Positions 1-10,900 of a stretch of DNA of 26,854 bases are shown here, in pieces. Every line of letters begins with the position of its first letter. Position 1 is the stretch's first letter. Under the pieces are notes generated by a model that did not search any database, was not told where the DNA came from, and worked only from the letters and a program-made list of their open reading frames with translations. Source of the DNA: Macrostomum lignano (taxonomy: Eukaryota). The stretch covers positions 1 to 26,854 of the forward strand of contig NIVC01005079.1 in assembly GCA_002269645.1 (NCBI GenBank), written 5' to 3'. A program made the translations under genes and the position numbers.

Positions 1-369
1 TGAACTATAGACCTTGATGGTAACTTTCTCTGTGTGATCTCTGGAGTCACATTCTCAACTTCAGGCGAGGGGATCTTTTCCTCTTCAATTAGTATATTTT
101 ATAAGTTAACAGACTGTACACGAGCAAGGAGGAATAGGGAAAGAAAGTGGAATGAGGAGGCCCAATAGGAGCTGTCGGCCAGAGGAGATTCATGCATCAC
201 GCGAGGGTTGCATGGCTAGGGTTCTCACTTGCCAATCATCAGGGCTATTTTTAGCATGCAGATCTTGTGCATCTGGGGAGTTGCTGCCAAGGCTGGATGC
301 TTGTTCACGCATCACGCGCGTGTTGGCTGATTTCTCCCATCCTCTTGCTAATGGTGCTTTTGCTTCAAT

Positions 370-910
370 TCAACCCTTTATCCCATTCCATGCCCAATAG
401 TTGTCATTGACCTTTTTTGTAAGGATCAATCCCTCTTCCCCTAAGTTTGCAATTTATCAACACCTTTTTGAATAGGTCTCTAGGCCTCTATTCAAGTTTT
501 TGTTGATAAAATCAACCCCTATCAAGGATCCCCCACCCATAAACCCCCTATTCTCCATTCCCCAATATTTGGTCATTGACCTTTTGGTAGCGCCTTAAGG
601 TTTACCTCCCCTCCCAAGTCTAGAACTTATCAATACCATCTTGAATAGGGATAGGTCTCTATGCCTCTATTCAAGTTTATGTTGATAAAATCAACCCCTA
701 TGAAGAATTTCCTATTCTAAAAACTCCCATCCCATTCTTCATGCCCCAGTGTTTTGTTATTTTCCTTTTGATAGGTCTACCCCTCCACTGAGCTTGGAAT
801 TTATTAATACCATTTTGAATAGGTCTCTATGCCTTTATTCAAGTTTATATTGATAAAATCAATCCCCGTGAAGCATCTCCCCACCCTAAAACCTCCCATT
901 CCCCATGAAC
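370..910. repeat. Degenerate tandem repeat, 3 units of ~170-180 bp, each containing a ~58-nt hairpin
   Basis: The core GAATAGGTCTCTA(G/T)GCCT(C/T)TATTCAAGTTT(T/A)T(G/A)TTGATAAAATCAA recurs at ~470, ~651 and ~817. The flanking C-rich segments are also homologous. Confidence 0.9.
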
Positions 911-1714
911 TGGTGGTTAGTTTTAAGCTACATATAGTTGGATTGAAGTTACCAAAAATAAAGCTCAGATTTGAAATCAGCACCATCAAAAACCAGCTTA
1001 TTGAGACAAAATTATGCTCTTATTAAAATTGCAACTAATTTTGACATAAACTTGAAGAAGTCCAAAATAGTCTTCATTAAAATAAAAATAGGATTTACTA
1101 TCTAGAATATCTATAATAAAAATCTTCATTGAAAACAGTTTGCTAATCTATTGACTAGGCCAAAATATAGACAAATTAAATAAATTTAATATAAATGTAT
1201 TAAGTTACTTTTAAAAGAATGCTAGATATTCATTGCTTGATTATTTAAAATCTAAAGCTAGGTCTGTTTTATTTGTAGACTGAATTTTTTAAGCATTAAA
1301 TGAGCTTTAAATATTAATAGACATTTAATAAGCCTATGTATTTATACCAACAACTTTTCTTTTATCACAACACTAAAAATCATAGTGCTCAAAAATAAAT
1401 TCAATAGTATAAGACCTATCTTGTGATAAGATATTATTTATAGATTGTTTTTTAACATTAATCAATGTTTATTTAATAATGAAAAAGAAACTTTTTTCTT
1501 ATTAATTAAACATCAAAGAGGCTTTTAAGAAAATTGATCATAGCATACATAAAGCTTAGGCCCTACTAGGCCTTGGCTCGCATGGATAGCTTATAATATT
1601 CCTATAAACTTTAGCTAGTATAATAGGCTAAGCAAGAAATATCAGAATGTTATTTCTGACCATTTTTTATATTGGGTTTTAATAAAATCATAGATAAAGT
1701 TTAAAAAAACTCAC

Positions 1715-1870
1715 CAGATTAAGCACAGTAAGGTATTCATACTTTCCACCAAAATTTTTGGAAGGGTTTTTGCGTGAAGGAAATCCTACATATGTAAAAT
1801 TGTAATATAAAACCAGCACATATGCACTGACCAGAGCAGTTCGAATAATGTTTTGAAACAATGTCTTCAT
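1715..1870 (-). CDS. AIG1: First coding exon (52 aa) of an AIG1/ADTRP (FAR-17a/AIG1) family membrane protein; gene continues beyond the left edge
   Basis: The peptide MKTLFQNIIRTALVSAYVLVLYYNF...NFGGKYEYLTVLNL matches the family N-terminus: a hydrophobic helix followed by a GG-x-W/Y-x-F/Y-L-T-x-x-D/N-L motif, with the catalytic Thr retained at 1727-1729. It ends at a phase-0 GTGAGT donor (minus strand, starting at 1714). No second exon was recognised in 1-1714. Confidence 0.8.
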
Positions 1871-2729
1871 GACACAATCGTTATTTCTTGGAATACTTTA
1901 TTATAATATGCCTGATTTTTTTTCACAAAACTAAACTAAAGAGTACAAATAACTGAATTTCATATGGATTGCCCAAAAGTGAGGCCTGCCCTGAGCTGAG
2001 TGTGAAAAGGAAAAAACTTAAATATCTAACTACATGCAAATAATAAACTCCCCGCCTTTAATTTGAGGTGGGGTCTTTAATTATTATTTAATTTAAGCCA
2101 GGAATTTTAATTAATTTAAAAATTTAATGTAACGCGGCTTTGCACAATAAAACAAATGAACACAATTACATATATTAGCCCTAATTTTCACTAAAAACGG
2201 TACAAAAAAATTTCTAATAAACAGTTATTAATAAAGACCTCAGACTTCGACACAAGACATATAAAAAGGTGATGTCAACTTTGAGGCTCTTCATATTGCT
2301 TGTTCTGGTTCTAGAACCAGAACCAATTTTTAAGTATAACTTTTTGTCTCCTAAACTAGAGGGATATTAGTGCTTTAAAATTGTGATTATTGAATGTCAA
2401 TAGCCAAGAAGAAAGTGAAAAATTGTGCAAAGTGAGGCTGTTAAGGCAGTCAAACATTCAACAAAGTTAAATAGTTATACTGCTTTTTTCTTGGAAATCC
2501 GATCCGATTCTGGTTCGAGAATCGATTGCCGTGAAGAGGCTCTTTGTCCCGAAATGAATTAGCGGTGCACCAATTAAGCTGGCGCGCAGGTTTCGCTGTC
2601 GGATCCCTATTGTACCGATAATGATTGTGGAATCATCGAAAATCCTACCTCTTAATGTCTCAAATAGACCCCCAGTAGGTGGTTATGAATAATAAGGATC
2701 TTATGTCAGCTTAAGGCTTGAGAATGGAA

Positions 2730-2786
2730 CAGGGACAACTTAAACTAATTAAGTTTACTTGAACTAAGTAGTTTAAGTTGTCCCTA
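2730..2786. mobile_element. 57-bp miniature hAT-type element (MITE)
   Basis: Perfect 17-bp inverted repeat (2731-2747 / 2769-2785), termini CAGGG...CCCTA, and a perfect 8-bp target-site duplication GAATGGAA (2722-2729, 2787-2794). Confidence 0.85.
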
Positions 2787-5700
2787 GAATGGAAGCAGTG
2801 CACCAGAGCGGCACTTTGGATGCCGATCGACTTGGATCGGCATATGCAATGAGTGTACGAGTAACTGATGTAGAATCATCGAAAAACCCATCTCTCGAAT
2901 TGGTTGTAGTTCGGCTTCTAGCCTTGAACGCGAAAAGTATAAGTTCATGCAACCTTCGGAGTCCTTTTGTCAAGAAATCCTAAGGAATTATTTTCTACAC
3001 TATCCTACTAAAATTGTATAGATGCATGGCGGTGTTAACGTTGAGAAATCAATGGATGTCAAAGACCTAAAATGAGATATCTGGAGTACTAACAACTCTT
3101 CTTCCAAACCCGTCCAAATTCGTTTCGCTTTGCAGAGATAGTTTATTCCTTCAAAACACAGCTCTGATATAGAATTTTTTTCAATTTCCTAATAAATTTG
3201 ACTAAATTAAAACACAGAATGTACATGTATGTTTGCTCAACAACTCTATTGACCCAGTTCATGTACATGTATGTCCAAAGGACCTACTACACGACATATC
3301 GAACACCACTTGCTATATCATTGCTTTATCAGATACAAAATGTTTAATAGAACAAATATGATTTACATTTAAACTAAAAAATAACGAAAAATTTTTCCAA
3401 TTGATGCATTTTAAGTATAAAATTCTGTAATGCAGCGATAGGTATCCTCAATACTGCATATCGTACCTGTATATAAATTATGATATTAACCTCACCGGGT
3501 TAATTATATTATTTTAGATACTTTATATAGTTTTCTTTGACAACTGCTTTAAGATAAAGTGGACGCGCATCTATGTATATATATATATATCTTAAATAAA
3601 CTATATATCCGCACTATTAACTGAGCCTTTCGCAAGATTTCGTTTTCTGAAATTCTAATGAGCAGGGCATGCAGTCAGCGCCCAGTCCTATCTAATCTCA
3701 TCACCTGCTGCCTGCCCGTCCTCATAAAAACTTCATGCCAGAGTGGTGAAGCGCGCCGCTTGTTGCTGCCTAGGCAACCGCGGGATTGGCGACTTAGCAG
3801 GTGGAAGCCGGTGAGAGTTGTGAGCTGGGTGGGGGGCGCCCCAGACTCAGGAGGAGCTAGGCGGATTTGGGGAGAGAGAAATACTAGAAGATGCGGGGCA
3901 GGATTCAGGGTTCATTGTTTTCGCGATGCTGTCATGCAAGAGTGAGAGGTAGAGAGAGGGGGAGAGAGTTGAACAGAAGAGCGAGGCTGGGAGTTGCTTG
4001 TGCTACTATATGGGCTCTTACTATACTGCGGCAGTGGAGGGCTGCAGCAGCAGGGGGAAATTGCTGTGGAGAATGTGGAGTCCAAGGGGAGAACTTTTTT
4101 GATCAAAATAACTAGCAGAAAACTTGCTGAGACGGTCAAGGCCGTAGCTACTTGTAAATCGATTGCCTTGGCTGGCATGGCTGTTTGGAAGTTAACTGTG
4201 TTACCGAGCGTTGACTTAACACAAACTAAATTGCTTTTTTCAAACTAAATTGCTGGCCACTCTAGTAGCTTATAGTGCATGTGTACATAAGCCATAGAGG
4301 ACTCAGTTCACTAACTCGTACCTGTTACTATAGCTTTTATTAACACTCTGGTTCTATGGAAAAAAATTTTTTGAAGGCCGAATTACGATTAAATATCCAT
4401 TAGCGAGCTAGAATATACATTGCAGGCACTTAACAAGGTGCTTTCTTATGTTTTGCCATTAGATACTACAAACGACGCGAGTAGCTAGCTACATGTAGCA
4501 TGTGTTTAGTTCACGTCGGCTTCGTGAGTTTATTAACCTTAATTCAGGAATATCACTACTTTCCCGAGATTGTCTGAGGAAAAAACCAATTTGATACAAA
4601 TGAACTTAAACTATCAAACGCAAATATGCAGACATCGAAAATTTCATGCTAAAAAGTCGTCATATTTTCGATTCAAAAGTTCCTACATAGGAGAAGTTTC
4701 TACCTCACTAACGCATTTTTCAGCAAAAATAAGCTTTCAAATAATTTCATATTTTTATAGTTTGATAAAACAGAAAATTCTTGTTGTCCTTGACTATTAG
4801 CTCAAAATTCTTCGAATTATTTAATTGATTCCAGAAAATTCGACTCCTGAGCTTTGAACAGATAATGCACTTTTAAAAAAAACACAACAGTGCATAAGCT
4901 CTTGCACTTGATGGGGTTGAAACACCGCGACAAGACAGTCGAGCCCGTGAAGACTTTATAATTGAATGAGGCTTACATGAAGGACCTCGGCAACGAAGGG
5001 CTATACACTTATACAGGATTTAGGATCGGATGCAGCCCTGCGAGCAAAAATTAACGAGAATTCACCTCAGGACAGACGCAGGGAGGCAGCGTCTTCAGAT
5101 GATCGGGGGCTTCAAAGCTCAGGATGAGGCTAACAATTAGGATGGCTCTTCTTCTTGGCTAGAGATATCCCCGGGCTATTCAGGTGGAGACGAGAGAAGG
5201 ATCTCTGCGGGATTCTGCCTACTCGTATTAACCGGAAAAAAACCGGTAAGTATAGAGGCTTGTAGCCGTGCTGCCTCCAAGCTGTTGCTGCTGCAGCTGA
5301 GAGCACTTTGCGCCTATGCTCATGTCTGCCGGCACAACAATGTACTGCAGCTGTTAGAGAATGAGAGGCGGCTTACACCGGCATGAGGTAAATTTTAGGA
5401 ATGCCTGCTGCGTATCTTAAGCCGCTTTGTTATTTTTCCTGAGCTCAGCAACTGCACATGGGGGTTGTGTTATCTCATATATCCCCAGATCAAGCCGCTC
5501 CTGCCCTGAAATGCAACTGCTGGCTGAGGGCTGCTGCCCCCCCCCCAAACTGCCTCTCCAAATTTCCGGACACGCAGGCTGAGGGGAGGCACAATGGCAG
5601 GCCTCAGACTTTCTACCGCTCCTGCCCTCCAGCCCACCCATCCTTTGAGCATCCCAGCCCATGTCTTCCCCGTATCCAAGGCCGGCAGCGCGCGGTAACC

Positions 5701-5940
5701 CCCCGCTCCCCAGTTTGCCGATTCAGCAGCCAGCACTGCGACTCACCCACCCACATCATTGCAAGTTCCGCCTCAGCATTCAACAGTCGAATTGGTTTTT
5801 CTGGAAAGTTTGACAGTCAGGGAATGACACTTGTATATTCGCGCTGGCGAGCGCTTTAAAGTTCTATCAGTTTTGGCGCGAACACTATTGTTGACATTAA
5901 AGAGCTCTTAAAGTGCATCTAAAATGCAAACCCTAAATTA

Positions 5941-6367
<427 letters not shown>

Positions 6368-7128
6368 GTAAAAGTGCCTCCTTGCCTCTACCAAACTGCC
6401 TCGTTGATAATCTTAGTAGAGTACTTTTAAAACACATGTATCCGATACTACAAAAAGCATTAAACTACGAGTACTTCTTAGAAGTAAAATTTTTCGATAA
6501 ATATTCATTAAACAGGTGCGTTCTCGCGCAGCTAGCCTTATTGGCTAGGTTTATAATTTTAACTTGTTGAGATCTTCCACAGTGATCGAAAATAACGCAC
6601 AGGTCCTGCGTACGCGCTGCCTACATTCTGAATAAAATGCAGAGCTGTGCACGCAATGGGAGAAAGCAACTGGAAGTAAGCCTTTAATACTTCTCTCTCG
6701 CTTCTTCATGTGAATTTTCTCTCTAAGATTGAGGTCACCTGAGAAAACTGGGAAAACAGCCTCACACGCGGCCCCACCCTTTCTCTCCTCTCCCACCCGT
6801 CACTCTCTTTTTACTGCTCAGCCCCGGCCTTCGCCCACCTTTCCGCGTATTTCCTCTATCTCTTCTCGTCCCCTAGCCGCATTCTGCTATTGGCTGCCAC
6901 TCTGGGATGAGACAGCTGAGTGTGCCCAGAGACGTATTTAAATTGCGCCGGCAGCCTTGGCGACCGGCCCTCCTGGCAGCCCCCTCCCTCTTGATTCTCC
7001 GCTGCCTGCTGCATAAATTTTTTTCTTAGCCCTCCTATTATCCCATACCGTATTTCCCGGAGAAGAAAGCGAGCCCTGACTTGGCTGGAGAGCGCAGCAC
7101 GCCGAGAGAGCACAGCTAGCAGGTAGAG

Positions 7129-7935
7129 ATGGCGACAACTCCTGCCTCAACTGCCGGAAGCACGACATCCGGAGTGGTAGCAGCCTGCTCCACCCGCCTG
7201 TGGTACATTCACCTGGCGTCCACGGCGATCGCCTTCATCGGCGGCCTGCTGCTGGTCCTGCTTGTCCGCCTGGTCAGATGGCTGGTCAAGCGAATTCGCC
7301 GGAGCAGGCAGGGCAGCAGCACCGAGATCGGCAAGGACGCGACAATGGTTGCCAAGGGCAACGGCCAGACTATCGAAGGCGACCGAATCGACTGGACAGC
7401 CGAGGTGAAGGAATGGGCCAACGAGCTTATCAGTGCGCAGAGCATTACTGGCAGAATTCTGGTTGTGCTCATCTTCAGCCTGAGCGTGTCGTCTCTCGGC
7501 ATCTACATCTACGAGGCCACCTTTCTAGTCGGCTTTGTAGAGAACTGCGTCCCTTGGTCGCAGAGCGTGCTCAACCAGGTGGACCTGGCCTTCAACATTG
7601 TCTTTTTAATCTATTTCTGCATCCGATTTCTGGCCGCCCAGGACAAGCTCTGGTTCTGGCTGGAGATCTACTCCATCGTGGACTACTGCACAGTGCCGCC
7701 CGCCTTCGTGAACATCTACCTGAACCAGTCTTGGCTGGGCCTGCGATTCATTCGCTGCCTTCGCATCATGACCCTGCCCGACGTGCTGCAGTACCTGAGC
7801 GTGCTGAAGTCCGGCACGGTGATCCGCTTCTTCCAGATGGTCACCACTTTCCTGAGCGTGTGGGTCATCGGGGCCGGCATCACGCATCTGTGCGAGAACT
7901 CCGGTGATCCGCAGTACGAATACTCGAATGTCAAC
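7129..7935 (+). CDS. slo: Slo channel exon 1 (S0-S5, 269 codons)
   Basis: ORF from ATG 7129. Homology runs to ENSGDPQYEYSNVN, followed by a phase-0 GTGAGT donor at 7936. Confidence 0.92.
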
Positions 7936-10900
7936 GTGAGTCCGGAATTAGCCTTGAATTGCTTTTCTGGATCCATAATAGTCTGTGTATGAGGCGTCGT
8001 GGCTTCCATTTTCGAAATATTCTAACATCAAATTTCTTACTTTGATGGGTGGAGCAGCTCAGCGACAAAGCGTCTGAATCTCGCGTTACGATCCCTGGTT
8101 CGAATCCGTGCGCAAACGCGTTGATTTGGGGCTTGTCGTGCACTCCACAGCCATTGGGGGGGGGGCAATCCCCAGGGCACAGAGAGTGTACATGGCTGAT
8201 GAGTTGAAAGTCAGGGCCGCTGTGCACCCCGTGTGAGCGTGTGTACGAGTGAGTCAGCGGAATGAGCAGAATGACCTCACCGCTGGTTGTGAGTTAACCT
8301 TAATATAATTATATTGGTCAATTATGACGTCAGACTGCCAAACTGTTTTTCTGTATTTTTCAACGTTTTTCACATTGAACTGATGGCGTACAGTGCAAGC
8401 AAAAACATATGCAAATTAATTCTTGAGGCTCAAAATATGTCTTCTTGAGCTAAAAGCTGTCAGGGATGAATATTTTAGCGGTCCCCTGGGAGATCAGAAA
8501 CAGAAATACTAAATGTTCAGGAAAATTTGTGCATATCATACTGTCCAAAAACCTGACTGCTCTAAATGAAAAAAAAGCTACAAAGAAAAGTGAAGTCCCA
8601 TAATTAAATGCATGTCCTTGAGCCTGCAGAGCATGAGCTCAGTGTATAGCTTCACAGCAGGGTTTAGTACTCATAAAAGTATATATAGTACATGAGCTGG
8701 CGTGAGTGAGAGTGGAAAAGCGTATCAGAGTCATAGCCGGAGTTACAAAAGCAATGAAAATGAAGCTAGCATCTTTTAAAGAGATCTTTAGAAATATTAA
8801 TTAAGGAATTAGGATCGGTAGGATTTCTCAAGTCATTATTCCAGGGCACACAATCAGTGTAGGTTCTCAAGAGCTTGCGTCACGCATGTATTGGGCAATT
8901 AAACTTTTTAATGAAATCCCCAGGAAGATTGGCTGCAGGGAGGGCCGGATAATTTATTCATTTGGGTCTCAAAAGACCACTTGGACTGCGCATAGCTTGG
9001 CAACCCTGCTGCGGTCTGAGGCTGCTTTTTGTTATTCTTCTATCGGATGAAGCCTAGCTCCTAGAACTAGAAGTAAATAGTGCAATAAAAATATGTGAAC
9101 AATATTCAATGGCGCAACTATCAAGAAACCTATAGATTGACGGACAAAGGTTCAATAAAAAGTGCAAAAATCTTAAACAAAACTCAAATCATAAAACTGC
9201 AAACTTCTGCGTCCAAAAGTGATTGCAGGCCAGTACTGGTTCCTGGGTTTCCGCTGATCCAGGACCTCACCTGTGGACACACGTTCGATGTTCTAATTAG
9301 CTATTAGTGCGCAACCCTTTCTTCTCACACACTTTAACCGATTCGCTTCAAGTCCTTTCCTTGCTACTCTTCCAGTAGACGATCTCTTATAGAATCGCTT
9401 TGTGTCGAACATTTCAGGGAATCACATTCGGAAACTGCATGTACTTTACTATCGTCACAATGAGCACGGTCGGATTCGGAGACTATTCGCCAAAAACTGA
9501 CTGGGGGAAATTCTTCATCTCTTTCTACATAATGGTGGCCCTGGGCATATTCGCCTCCTTCATCCCCGAGATTGCCGAGATCATCACCAGTCGAAGTCCC
9601 TATGCCGGCCGTTACAAGAAGGAGCACGGCAGGCGTCACGTGGTTGTCTGCGGAGCCGTGACCAAGGAGTCCATTGAGAGCTTCCTGGAGGATTTCCTGC
9701 ACGAGGACCGAGAAGACACTGATGTTGAAGTTGTCTGCATCAATAAGAAGGCGCCCAGCTTGGAGTTTCAGTCCCTGTTGAAGAGGAACTTCGGTCATCT
9801 AGTCTACTTTATTGGTAGCGTGCTCAATCCGACAGATTGTCAGTGAGTTCGGGATAGCTTGATGATTCTGTGCATTTTTGCTTGGTTTCCTGTGATCAGT
9901 CTGTATCTACTTGGGATCACTATATGGCTCACGTCTTAAATCTGGTGCCTAGATATGCTTCTAATTGACTTAGCCTATCCATTGAACCTTTTCCGCGCTG
10001 AATTCCAACCGCAGACGAATCCAGCCATTTCCAGCGTTTATCACTTTGATCAGTATTTTCGTTTTTCACCCAACTCCAGGCGAGTCTGTCTGGAGTCCTC
10101 AGCGGCCGCCATCATCCTGTGCAACAAGTACGACGAGGACCCAGATGCCGAGGACGCATCCAACATCATGCGGGTGATCTCTATCAAGAATGTATCCCCG
10201 AAGACTCGATGCATCATTCAGCTGCTGCAGTATCACAACAAAGGCTATCTGCTGAACATTCCCAACTGGGATTGGCGGCTTGGTGACGAATGTCTCTGCG
10301 TGGCCGAAATGAAACAGGGCTTCCTGGCTCAGAGCTGCCTCGCGCCGGGCTTCTCAACCCTGATGGCAAACCTGTTTTCCACGAGGGCCATGAGCGACTC
10401 GCATCTTATTGGCAGCTGGGAGAAGGACTATCAGGATGGCAGCGCCATGGAGATTTACTCCGAGTACTTTAGCGACTCCTTCGTGGGAATGACCTTTCAG
10501 GAGGCGGTGATGCTCTGCTACAACAAGCTGCGGGTGATTCTATTCGCCATCGAAGCCAAGAACAGCGAAGGAGACCGCTTCCTTTCAATCAACCCCCCAG
10601 GCAGATCCGCCATTATTTACAACGGCTGTCATGGATTTTTTGTTGCTGACTCTCAAGAGGAGGTTCGAAGGGCCTACCTGTACTGCAACAGGTGCCATCG
10701 GGACTTGGCCGATCCCCGCCAAATTCGTAAATGCAGCTGCCAGACTGAGGTCAGCGGCCCGGAATCGCCGGGTCACGACGGTGCGCATGAGGTGACACGT
10801 CTGAGAGGCAACAGCGCAAATGTTCGCCGACCCGAAATTCAGGTTGCCTCACGAAGAAGGTGCTGGCCGCGGTGCAAGAGACGGAGTTTGGGGCTGACGA

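Noticed and set aside
2303-2322. Perfect 20-bp palindrome TTCTGGTTCTAGAACCAGAA
   Set aside because: Real but isolated; no TSD or functional context.
8047-8120. Intact tRNA gene
   Set aside because: A and B boxes are present, but the acceptor and anticodon stems do not pair; it is better explained as a SINE head.
8331-9008. hAT element in Slo intron 1 ending TTGGCAACCCTG
   Set aside because: Candidate left ends at 8331, 8461, 8658 and 8936 give no matching 8-bp TSD.
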